A DNA stretch of 64,000 nucleotides from positions 17,605,781 to 17,669,780 of the forward strand of contig OZ037767.1 in NCBI GenBank assembly GCA_964035545.1, given 5' to 3'. Below, piece by piece: positions 24,593 to 36,931 of the stretch; position 1 is the stretch's first letter, and each line of letters starts with the position of its first letter. Source of the stretch: Bugula neritina (taxonomy: Eukaryota > Animalia > Bryozoa). Below the pieces are notes generated by a model, which saw only the letters and a list, made by a program, of their open reading frames with translations, did not search any database and was not told the DNA's origin. Made by a program: the position numbers and the translations under genes.

Positions 24593-27500
24593 TCACTGTG
24601 TTGTCATGGCAACACCCGACTGGGCATGCTCCTCATACTTCCACCATTGTCTACTCCAAACTCCATTCTCTCTCCCAAACGGTTCACAAGTAGCTAGCCC
24701 CATAGCCTGTGAACTGTTTGGAAGAATATCGAGACACTTTGTTGTCCTCCCATGCTTAATTCTGAAGAACTGTGGGTAGGTATTGTGTTTCTGCAGACTC
24801 CACAGCATGTTGGGATTTGCCGAGTTACATAGCCTCATTACCAGAGGTCTCTCTTCAATATAGTACGAGACGCACATACCGGTCCCCCTTTCCTAAATAT
24901 ATTATCATATATTGTATGGACATGAGTGTACTCAGTCATCAGGCAAGAATTCATACTGCAGTACTCAGGAATCATATTCACAGTACCTGTAATCATAGTA
25001 AGATGTCAACTTATACCTGCAACAATCCTGAGTTGGAGAAAGTCCACACCTGGCTTCCTGGGAGCAGCTTGTCAAATTCACAGACGTTGGTGATAAGTCC
25101 CGGTTCTGTGTTGGTCAAATTTCCATTTGACTGAATGCACTTTGCTGTGGATACGCTCTGCAATAGGTATATATCTATACAGTAACTGTTTCTGTAGATA
25201 TGCTCTGTAGTGTTCCGCTACTGCCATATATATAACATCAATTGCTCACCTGTATAAACCCACTGTTTCCTGGTAGTGGAGGCCCGTGATTGTTTCTCCA
25301 AACTTCACAGTACGGGCAGAGGACACAGCCCCGTCTATCAGTTCGCCTCGTGTACCTGAGACACTCTGGGTGCAGAGGCTCACACTTGATAGGGGGGCAG
25401 TCAAGGCATTTGTCACACCCCTCACACATTACTCCACTGACATTGTAATAACCTTTCTCGCGATATTTTCGACCAGAGGCTATGTCTTCACTATCTCCGC
25501 AGTTCACAGAAGCACAAAGGATGGTCGGACAAGATGGTTTCTCTCCAAGGTCGTTGGTACACCTGTATAAGTAGATTAACTTACAATTTCTCTTTTCTTG
25601 TTACCATATACAAGTGTAAATGGTTAGACAGTATTTTGCCTGAAACAGTCATAACTCGCCTGGGGCAGCTTTAACTCACCTGGGGACAGCTTTAACTCAC
25701 CTGGGGCAGCCATAGCATTTAAGTCCATCTACGGTCAGCAGGTCAATGTTGACGAGCACGCAGTCCAATGTTGGACATTGCCATCCTGGGACTACAGCAT
25801 CACAGTTGGGTGTATGAGTAGCTGTACTAATGTCAGTAGTAGTTGCAGTAGTAGTAGTAGTTGGACTAGAAATTGATATCGTAGATGAAAACATTGCCAG
25901 CGTAGTCTTTTCTTCTCTTGCATTCCTCATGTCAGGTCCTGCCACAATCTCTTCTTGTGGGGTCGTAGAGTCAGAACCCCCGTCCGCTTGTTTCCTTATG
26001 GGGCTGTCACTACAGACTACAGCAGGCACACATACAGTACATATATTATCTGTGCAAGTTAGAGTATAGTAGATGCACACATACGTATTTATATATCTGT
26101 AGGTTGTACTAAGACCAACGTACCTGGACAGTTGCACATGTGACTTCCTATGACAACCAGCCCAGGAACCGTGTTAGAACAGTTGGTCTGCGGGCAGGTG
26201 AGGTGAGAGCAGTCCTGATTGTCGTCTATGCAGACGCAGGTGTCACAGTCTATACCTGCACAGACGCAAGACAGAATATGTAGTGACACATGTATATACA
26301 CAGCAGAGATTGTAGTGACACATGTATATACACAGCAGAGAATGTAGTGACACATGTATATACACAGTAGAGATTGTAGTGACACATGTATATACACAGC
26401 AGAGAATGTAGTGACACATGTATATACACAGCAGAGATTGTAGTGACACATATATATACACAGCAGAGAATGTAGTGACACATGTATATACACAGCAGAG
26501 AATGTGGTGACACATGTATATACACAGCAGAGATTGTAGTGACACATGTATATACACAGCAGAGATTGTAGTGACACATGTATATACACAGTAGAGAATG
26601 TAGTGACACATGTATATACACAGTAGAGAATGTAGTGACACATGTATATTACACTCACCATTGACAGACGTAGGAAACATGGCAGTCTTCTTGCACCAGA
26701 ACCCGGGACACCTGATTACTGGACAATATGGCTGCCTTGTTCTGCACACAGCACATCCTTTGCAGATCTCATCCGTGACAATCCTTATGGTCTTGTTAGC
26801 TGGAAGTAGTGATACGGTCACATAGCAGTCTCATTCGGTATGCAGTCACACTCAGTACGCAGTCACACTCATTACATAATCACACTCAGTACACAGTTAC
26901 ACTCAGTACGCAGTCACACTCAGTACAGTCACACTCGGTACATAGTCACACTCAGTACATAGTCACACTCAGTACACAGTCACATTATAGAACCATAGAG
27001 TCATGTTACTTTATGTAGTAAGGGCTAGTAACTGTAAAGGTCTAGTAAACTCACACGGCATTTCATCACACAGTAGAACTTGACGGCATCTGGACAAGTC
27101 TGGGCATGCCTGGTGAAGCATTGCGTCATTTCCTCCATCTGCTGCTCCTCTTTGGTTGAATAAAGTGCATCTGTCACAGTCTGGAGAGAAATGTAGGTCA
27201 CTTAACATACAATGCAGGTCACTTAACATACAATGTAGGTTACTCAGTATACAATGCAGGTCACTCAGTATACAATGTAGATCACTCAGCATGCATTGTA
27301 GGTCACTCAGTATACAATATAGGTCACTCAGTATACAATGTAGGTTACTCAGTATACAATGTAGGTCACTCAGTATACAATGTAGGTCAAATATGTTGTC
27401 CATGTGTCCCACTAGCTGACACCTACCTCTGCATGTTGTTCCATTTACTAGTCTGTGAACTGCCTCAGCTTCTGCACAGTTACTGGGCAGAGTGCACTTT

Positions 27501-30114
27501 TTCTCATCACATCTTGCCATATCTTGTGTGGAACCTTGGCTATTCAGTGTGGAACTGGGAATACGGCTATTGGGGTCCTTCCATACCAAACACTCTGGGC
27601 ATACCTGACACCTGGAATATATTTAGTTCTCTTTAGATTACACCTATATAAAAAATTACTTACTTTGATCTACCTTCTCCCATATACATATGTTACTTAC
27701 CTTCTACCTTCTCCCATATACTGTATATGTTACTTACCTTCTACCTTCTCTCATATACATATGTTACTTACCTTCTACCTTCTCCCATATACATATGTTA
27801 CTTACCTTCTACCTTCTCCCATATACTGTATATGTTACTTACCTTCTACCTTCTCTCATATACTGTATATGTTACTTACCTTCTCCCATATACTGTATAT
27901 GTTACTTACCTTCTACCTTCTCCCATATACTGTATATGTTACTTACCTTCTACCTTCTCCCATATACTGTATATGTTACTTACCTTCTACCTTCTCCCAT
28001 ATACTGTATATGTTACTTACCTTCTACCTTCTCCCATATACTGTATATGTTACTTACCTTCTACCTTCTCCCATATACAGATATCTTTCTGTGTATTTCT
28101 CACATTTGTTGACTAAGGGACAAGTTGAAATGTTGAACTCGGGACAAGGTAAGGGCGTGGTTGGAGGTCTGCTGATCTGTCCTAAACATGAGAAGAAATA
28201 TTATTGATTTGAGGCTACATTTAGTGAATTCACGTCTGCATGCAGCTGTGTCAAGACCTCAAATTGTTTACACTGTAAGTCAGTAACGATAGAAGATGTT
28301 GTTAACCAACCTTTATACCTGCTGCATACTCTACAGTCAGGACACAGCTCTCCGTCTACGTATCTGTAGTTGGGAGCGTACACAGCACATCTGAAAATAT
28401 ACAGTACACAGTAACTAACTACTCAGTACACAGTGACTGACTACTCAGTACATAGTGACTAACTACTCAGTACACAGTGACTAACTACTCAGTACACAGT
28501 GACTAACTACTCAGTACACAGTGACTAACTACTCAGTACACAGTGACTAACTACTCAGTACACAGTAACTAACTACTCAGCGACTAACACTTAACACTCA
28601 CCCCCTGATTCTCTTCTTGCACTTCAGGGGAGGACAAGAGTTGTAAGAGACACATTCTGAACAGCCTCGACATCTCCGTCCATTGTGCTCTACAAGAACA
28701 GGTTGGACTTCATTGCAGAGCGGAGAGATCACTGGGCATACTTGTAATGGGCATTCATCTCTCTCTACACTCCTGTAATAACACAATGTCACAGTGTAAT
28801 AACACAGTGTAATAGCACAATGTCACAGTGTAATAACACAATGTCACAGTGTAATAATACAATGTCACAGTGTAATAACACAGTGTAATAACACAATGTC
28901 ACAGTGTAATAACACAATGTCACAGTGTAATAATACAATGTCACAGTGTAATAACACAACATATAACTGATTTAATAGTAAAATTATGATCATTAGTAAA
29001 TGATAATGATGATATATAATATACTATACATGCAGCTGTGCAATAATGGATGACACAAATTATGTAATGTTTAGGTACAGCTGCCTGTCTCGCTATAGCC
29101 ATACATTGATGTCACGTGATAGGCTCCAGGAAGGAGGGAAATAGTGCGCAGTGCCTGTCATTATTTGCTGCTGAATCACTATGTACCAAATGTGTGTGGT
29201 GTGCAGGAATTTGGTAGTGTTGGTAATGTAGCGTAACAAACTTAATTAGCTCACTGTGGCACAACAATATCAACTCTAGTTCTTGAACTGTTACATGACA
29301 GTCATTGGAGCAGAACCTTAACACACCAAATTGCCAGTGCAATGTGATTCACAAAGAGTATAATTATATATGATACAGTGACACATGCAAAGAGTATAAT
29401 ACAAAAAGTATATATGACACAATGATACATACAAAGATTATAATATAAAGAGTATATATGATAGAGTTATATACATACATGCAATGACACAATGATATAT
29501 ACAAAGAGTATATTAAACTTACGCAGCCGATATCTGACAGTAGTAACAGGCACCACAAGCTGCCGGAACACCAACACTAGACTGAGGCAGCCATCTTTGA
29601 ACTTTATGAGTCGGGCAGTTGTCTGGGACTTCCAGTGAGCAGTTGGTAGGGCGTGATGACTCGCATTGAATCTCAGTCTATATCAGTGACAAGAACCAAC
29701 TTATATTACATAATCAGTTTGTAGCTACTTGCTACTTGTTATAGTATGTCAGAGTGTGTCACAACATGTCAGAGTGTGTCACAACATGTCAGAGTGTGTC
29801 ACAACATGTCAGAGTGTGTCACAACATGTCAGAGTGTGTCACAACATGTCAGAGTGTGTCGCACCTGTTTCATCAGTGGGGAAGTTTGTAAAATGTTATC
29901 TCATGGTGTATAAGTGTAAAAGTTAAAGTTATATACAAATGTAAGTGTGAGCACCAGTGTAAGTGTAAAAGCAAAGGTAAGTGTAAACGTTCTAGTGTAA
30001 ATGTTTCCTGCATAAATAACTTACAAAAGACTCTCTTTGCTGAGTGCAGTTCACACAAGACAAGCAAACAAACGCCACAACCAAGACAGACAAAGTTCTG
30101 TGTTGTGTCACCAT
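24593..30114 (-). CDS. Secreted Cys-rich protein: signal peptide, ~11 antistasin-like 6-Cys modules, Thr-rich linker, C-terminal ricin-B (QxW) lectin domain
   Basis: Signal peptide MVTQHRTLSVLVVAFVCLSCVNC (30025-30114) and about 13 in-phase exons. Modules include CPLQVCPVISPLC...GRRCRGCSEC and CPPIKCEPLHPECLRYTRRTDRRGCVLCPYC. C-terminus CIQSNG...QVWTF...MLWSL...TTKCLDI...ATCE...RQWWKY; stop at 24593. Confidence 0.75.
26278..26648. repeat. 32-nt intronic minisatellite (Cys-rich lectin gene)
   Basis: Unit gacacatgtatatacacagcagagattgtagt, about 12 copies. Confidence 0.9.
27190..27390. repeat. 21-nt intronic minisatellite carrying the RORE consensus
   Basis: Unit caatgtaggtcactcagtata, about 10 copies. 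Confidence 0.85.
27670..28078. repeat. 37-nt minisatellite containing an exon end and donor (Cys-rich lectin gene)
   Basis: Minus-strand unit gtaagtaacatatacagtatatgggagaaggtagaag, about 11 copies. Confidence 0.9.
28402..28958. repeat. Two intronic minisatellites flanking the 28602-28773 exon
   Basis: cagtacacagtgactaactact (28402-28580) and acagtgtaataacacaatgtc (28775-28958, includes the acceptor). Confidence 0.8.
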
Positions 30115-30327
30115 TTCTCCTGTTTCCACCTGCAGAGTCCTGTCACTATTGTACACACAGACTGAGTGACACATGAAATGACACACTCTGCAGGTGCTAC
30201 AACCACACTGCTTGTATCTACTCAGACACTAATTATCTGTATCCACTATTTCTACTTCTGCTGCTCACTGATGAGTCATTCAATTCATTAGCTTCTCCAT
30301 CCCTCATTACTCCAGTTGGTACAGTTA

Positions 30328-30557
30328 GGTGCAGTTAGTGCAGTAATGGATAGATGAAAGTTCTCACACTTCTGTTGGATGAGCCATATACCAACATTTA
30401 GGAGCAGTCTTGGAAAAATTGAGACAACTTAAGTTCTTTAAATTTCTTTATAAATTTTGGTTTGGGGTGCAGGTTGAAATTATTGCGAGAGCATAACTTC
30501 TTATGCTACATTTCTAATCTAGAACACAGCCTTTCTCAACTTATCCATTACTGCACC
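30328..30557. mobile_element. Candidate MITE (~230 bp) with terminal inverted repeats
   Basis: GTGCAGTAATGGATA (30338-30352) and TATCCATTACTGCAC (30542-30556) form a perfect 15-bp inverted repeat; outer termini GGTGCAG...CTGCACC flanked by TA; no coding capacity. Confidence 0.55.
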
Positions 30558-30894
30558 TACATATCCACTTGTTTATTTGTTATTGTGTAGAAAGCTGTTT
30601 ATGTTTATAGACAATCATAGTTGGAAGTGTTGGAGAATGATCCTGTGCCCTTTATATATATTACGTTGTAGTGTTCTATAGATAATAATATATATATTAA
30701 CATCATAGTGGTGTTGTAATCAACGGCATATATTATATGGAAATAAGTAATTGCTTGCTAGCATCACATAGCATCTCTTAATCTCTTATATAATGTGTTG
30801 TAGTTTTGGCTTTTATGCTTGTGTAATGGGATTATCTACCAACTTGCATTTTATTACCATTTGCAACCAATAAACATGTTACCTGCTGAGTTAT

Positions 30895-31525
30895 ATATAG
30901 AGTATATAGTGTAGGTATGTACTGTGTATATATAGTATATAGTATATAGTGTAGGTATGTACTGTGTATATAGTATGTAGTGTAAGTATGTACTGTGTAT
31001 ATAGTATATAGTGTAGGTATGTACTGTGTATATAGTGTATAGTGTAAGTATGTACTGTGTATATAGAGTATATAGTGTAAGTATGTACTGTGTATATAGT
31101 ATATAGTGTAGGTATGTACTGTGTATATAGTATATAGTGTAGGTATGTACTGTGTATATAGTATATAGTGTAAGTATGTACTGTGTATATAGTATATAGT
31201 GTAGGTATGTACTGTGTACAGAGTGTATAGTGTAAGTATGTACTGTGTATATAGTGTATAGTGTAAGTATGTACTGTGTATATAGTATATAGTGTAAGTA
31301 TGTATACTGTGTATATAGTATATAGTGTAAGTATGTACTGTGTATATAGTATATAGTGTAGGTATGTACTGTGTATATAGTATATAGTGTAGGTATGTAC
31401 TGTGTATATAGTATATAGTGTAAGTATGTACTGTGTATATAGTATATAGTGTAAGTATGCACTGTGTATATAGTATATAGTGTAAGTATGTAACCTACTG
31501 TATAAACAATGTATAGTGTAAGTAC
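30895..31525. repeat. 32-nt intergenic or 3'-UTR minisatellite
   Basis: Unit tatagtatatagtgtaagtatgtactgtgtat, about 19 copies. Confidence 0.9.
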
Positions 31526-32367
31526 ATTATATTTCTCAATTATTACATATAAAGTAAGTTTAAGTGACACCAGATTTGAACATAGACAATATGCAGAAGG
31601 TAAATGGTTACAGCAAATTAGTGTACAAATAAGTTTACAATTTACAGCTAAAACATATACATTAGTATCTAAATTCATTTAGTAAACTGTGCAGGATGAG
31701 CATACAGGCAGGTGTTGGAGTTGTCTTCTTATGAAAAGACAACTCTTAAAAAAGTAAAACTTGAATATATTAAATCTATTTGCTCTTAGAAAACTCTTAA
31801 AAAATACTAATTACAATTCTAAATATGATTTCCGCCACCAAAAATAATCATTCAATAAAATTGATTGTAAGTATAAAAGATAAATTCAGATTTCGATATA
31901 TTTTTATAGCAAATTTGTAAAATAAACATATTAATATATTATTATATATAGTTCTCTACCTACATTTCCACGTGTACACTATATAATCTATGATATATAA
32001 ACATGTAATGAAAGTCTATTTTGTCTATACAGTGGTACAGTTAGTAAGGATAGAATGTTTCATAGATCTATACATAAACTATGTAACAGGAAATACTGGC
32101 CTCTACGTGTTATACAGATATTTATTGGACAGAATGAAGTCAACTTTGAAGAGCTCGATGAATGGTTTTCGAAGAGCTCTGAGTGCTGACGATAGAACCT
32201 CAGGAGAGTGCTGACGATAGAACCTTAGGAGAATGTTGATAGAATGTTCTGGAATGGTCACAGAGCTGGCCACTCGCCAATCTCTACAGCATGACGTCAG
32301 GGTTGACAGCGAACTTTATAACAGCCGAATTGCTGCTTGACAAAGACCTCTAGAGTTCTTGTTCTAG

Positions 32368-35300
32368 CTAGAAGAGAGCTGTAGAGGCGAAGAGCTCTCT
32401 GTGTAGAGCAGTGAAGTCTAACGGGGCCTTGGAGCTGGTCTTGAAATCGGAGAGAGCCTTCGAGTGCTGGAAGCTGAGAGATTTGAGATACGGGAGATAG
32501 ACTGAGATCTTGTTTATGTGTTCAGATGTGTTGTGGGTACGCTCTAGTAGGTCACTTAATGCAGTGTAGTGCTTGTCATATAAACTCTGCAACTTCTCTC
32601 TATCCTGCACGCCATAGTGATCTAAAGACAAAACAATATATATTTGAAAAAACTGAGCCAAAATTATTCATAATCTTAGAGTTATCCTCTCTCTATAACG
32701 CAACAGACCGGAATCTGCTCCATCACAAATAGGTGAGTCACTCATCCAGTTTGACATGAGTTAGTATCACCAGTCAGTCAGTTAACCTCAGTTAGATGAT
32801 CAGCATTTACTTCAATGTGAAACAAATAGAGACACTGTAGGATATTATGTGTGCGGAATTTAAGTTAGAAATAAATATAGTAATGTAAGTACACATGTAC
32901 AAATATAGCACATAGGGGTTCTACTTGTCACAATGTTATACAGTTAGAAGCTGTGGGCTGAACTGCTAAAAATATACAGGAAGAAGGTGTCTGTATACGA
33001 TGGGCACATTCTATTGTAGTATTTGCATGCATGATTATATACAGTGCTCCCTCCGTATCTCACCGAGCTGCGGGTCCAAAAACCTCAACTATTTGTGACA
33101 TAGAAGAATACCATCTGTTAAGTTTGACAATTTTGTCCTTATACACACATATATATGCCACAAAACGAGAGTCCAAGCCCTTAGCGTGACCTATGGAATT
33201 TCGTGAGATGTGGAGGAAGCAGTGTATTAAACCTTGCGTAGGGCTGGCTAGACTGAGGCGAGGGGGCAACTCTAAAATAGTATGTAAAACTACAGGCAGA
33301 TCTGGGAATATTATGTAGATTTATAAATTAGATGTGACTTGCTTAATTTTCAATTAGCATGTACAGACTAACTGGGCTGTTGACTGAGCGCGTGCACTAA
33401 GTTCACTTCCTGGGAGCAAACACTCGACAACAAGAGTGATGTACTCTAGAGTTGAGCAATTATTAGCCTGTGATTCACATTTCAACACTACTAATTACTG
33501 ATAACCATGTTTTCCTAACCCTAATCGCACAGCTAATTGTCTTTCAGTCGATCAAGCCACTCATCTTGTTGACAAACAACTCACTTTCAGATCTGACTTT
33601 CTTAGCAAACAATGTTATCACATGTTTACGCAATGATCTCTATCAGAGTGCTAGTTATCTGTGCAATGAGCTCTACTAGACAGTTGGCTCTCTGTGCAAT
33701 GAGGTATAGAGGGTTTAACCAGCTTGCCTTGCATATGCATTGCAATTTTGCAGACTCTATTTCCCTACTTGGTTGGAATAACGATAATGACGAAGTTTAC
33801 ATACACTAGAACACCCTTGTACGTACACTAGAATACCCTTGTACGTACACTAGAATACCCTTCTACGTACACTAGAATACCCTTCTACGTACACTAGAAT
33901 ACCCTTGTACGTACACTAGAATACCCTTGTATGTACACTAGAACACCCTTGTACGTACACTAACACACCCTTGTACGTACACTAGAATACCCTTGTACAT
34001 ACAAGAATTTTATCTTAATAAGCTGCAAGCTGGGGCAGAGTTACAATAGAGATAGCATTGATGGCAGAGTGAGTAGTAATAGATACTACAAGGGTCACAC
34101 TACACAGTGGAAACACTACACAGTGTCAGACTACACAGTATAAACAATGCAATGTCAAGGTTACACTAGACCATACACTGTATAGAATGTTGAGGTTACA
34201 TTAGAACATATACTGTATGGAATGTCAGTTAACTGAAGACCCAGCAGAAGGCGTTGTGTGACCTTTCGGCTAAACAATAAGCTTCGGGTTTCCACGAGAC
34301 CAGCAGATGAGAGAAATCTAGTAGCCGAGTGATGTCAGAGAGTCAACTTACAGAATGACAATTGAAATAGTTGGTATATCAATCAGAAGTTGGGGTACTA
34401 GGGGTTGATGTTGGTATATCAATCAGTAGATGGGGTATTAGGGGTTGATGAAAGAGTGATAGATTGTGTACCACTATGTACCACAGAGAGATGGCTCCTT
34501 CACCACCCTGTCTGATAGAAAGTGTATTCCACAGGCTAAGCTTATCATATGGTAGACACATTATGTGCTGGGACTGGTGGAGTTGTAGTGGTGCTAATCT
34601 ATGGCTTGTGTGAGCTGATAGTATTGCAAGACTTTGATACAGGCAACTGCTGCCTCTGCTGCCTCTGGGTGTGCTGCAGTTATTGCAGACTACACTAAGA
34701 TTAAAGCTCCTGCTAACACACCCTGCTGTGTTAGCAGGAGTTATCCTCCCTATTGACTGGGAAAACTATTGTATATAGCAGCAATGCGGCACCTACCAGG
34801 TTGGAAAAGAACGACAGCGTTGAGCAGAGCGATTTCTCTCTCAGTTAGTTTCAACTCGTACATAATTCTCAGCAGGTCTATGGTAGCTCCTAGCAGGACT
34901 TTCTCGTCTTTACCTGAAACAGGGTAAATAGCATATAAACAGGGTAAATAGCATAGAATATAACCAGAGTAAATAGCATAGAATATAAACAGGGTGAATA
35001 GCAGAGCATATAAACAGAGTAAATATCATAGAATATGAGAGCATATAGAAACATTAGATGTGTAACAACTGTTACTAGATATACATACAGAGATGGGTGA
35101 GGTGGTCAAATCCCAGCTGGTCTGAGGCGGGCAGTTGGTAGCCGAGTACAGAGCATGTCCAGAGTAGGTGCATCACTATCATCTCGTAGCCAGCTGTAAA
35201 TACATTAAAGTTATTTTATGCACTGCTATCACGTCACATGCTACGTCATGTCACACACATACATCATGTCCCGCACATACATCATGTCCCACACACTACA

Positions 35301-36858
35301 TCATGTCACATGCTACATCATGTCACACACACTGCATCATGTAACACGCTACATCATGTCACACACACACTACATCATGTTCCCTACTGCTGTGTACAGG
35401 GTAATTAATCACTGATTTATTTATACATATTTCAGCACACATATAGTTGCAGTATCCGGCATTGCAAAACCTCCCCACACAATCATCAACTGATTAGTGC
35501 AGCTTCTCAGCAACACTGTGAGCACAACACTTAGCTTGAGCTCCAGGAATACACATTCTGTTGTCAGTAAAGGCTATGAGTCTAGAGGCTGACCAGGCAA
35601 GAGGAAGTTGTTTGTTTGATTTGAGTGAATCGAGCAAGTTGCACGTACGTATGTGATTGGTAATAGAGCCATATATAAGCACCAGTTACATATAAGCACC
35701 GGTTACATATAAGCACCAGTTACATATAAGCACCAGTTACATATAAGCACCAGTTACATATAAGCACCAGTTACATATAAGCACCAGTTACATATAAGCA
35801 CAAACTTACCTCCTTTAAGCACCGGTTACATATAAGCACTAGCTACATATAAGCACCAGTTACATATAAGCACCAGTTACATATAAGCACCAGTTACATA
35901 TAAGCACCAGTTACATATAAGCACCAGTTACATATAAGCACCAGTTACATATAAGCACCAGTTACTTATAAGCACCAGTTACATATAAGCACCAGTTACA
36001 TATAAGCACTAGTTACATATAAGCACCAGTTACATATAAGCACCAGTTACATATAAGCACCAGTTACATATAAGCACCAGCTACATATAAGCACCAGTTA
36101 CATATAAGCACCAGTTACATATAAGCACAAACTTACCTCCTTTAAGCACCGGTTACATATAAGCACCAGTTACATATAAGCACCAGTTACATATAAGCAC
36201 CAGTTACATATAAGCACTAGTTACATATAAGCACCAGTTACATATAAGCACAAACTTACCTCCTTTAAGCACCGGTTACATATAAGCACCAGTTACATAT
36301 AAGCACCAGTTACATATAAGCACCAGTTACATATAAGCACTAGTTACATATAAGCACCAGTTACATATAAGCACAAACTTACCTCCTTTAAGCACCGGTT
36401 ACATATAAGCACCAGTTACATATAAGCACCAGTTACATATAAGCACCAGTTACATATAAGCACTAGTTACATATAAGCACCAGTTACATATAAGCACAAA
36501 CTTACCTCCTTTAAGCACCAGTTACTTATAAGCACAAACTTACCTCCTTTAAGCGCCAGTTACATATAAGCACATATAAGCACAAACTTACCTCCTTTAA
36601 GCACCATTATCTGGTCGTCCTGACTGAGAGAGGTGAAGCCAGGTACGAGTTTGGAGAACTCGATCACCTGCTGAATGGCCACCGTCATCTTGTCTGAGAA
36701 GGTCTTCCAGAACTGTTGCTGAGAGGGGAGTTTGTTGATTTCCTCCGGGGAGGTTATTATGTCTAGCAACTCGTCAGTGTAGTAGGCTTTCCTCTGTGCT
36801 TGCAGTAGGAGATTGGCTAACGTGTCTACAATGTATTCTATTCTATACTATACACTAT

Positions 36859-36931
<73 letters not shown>

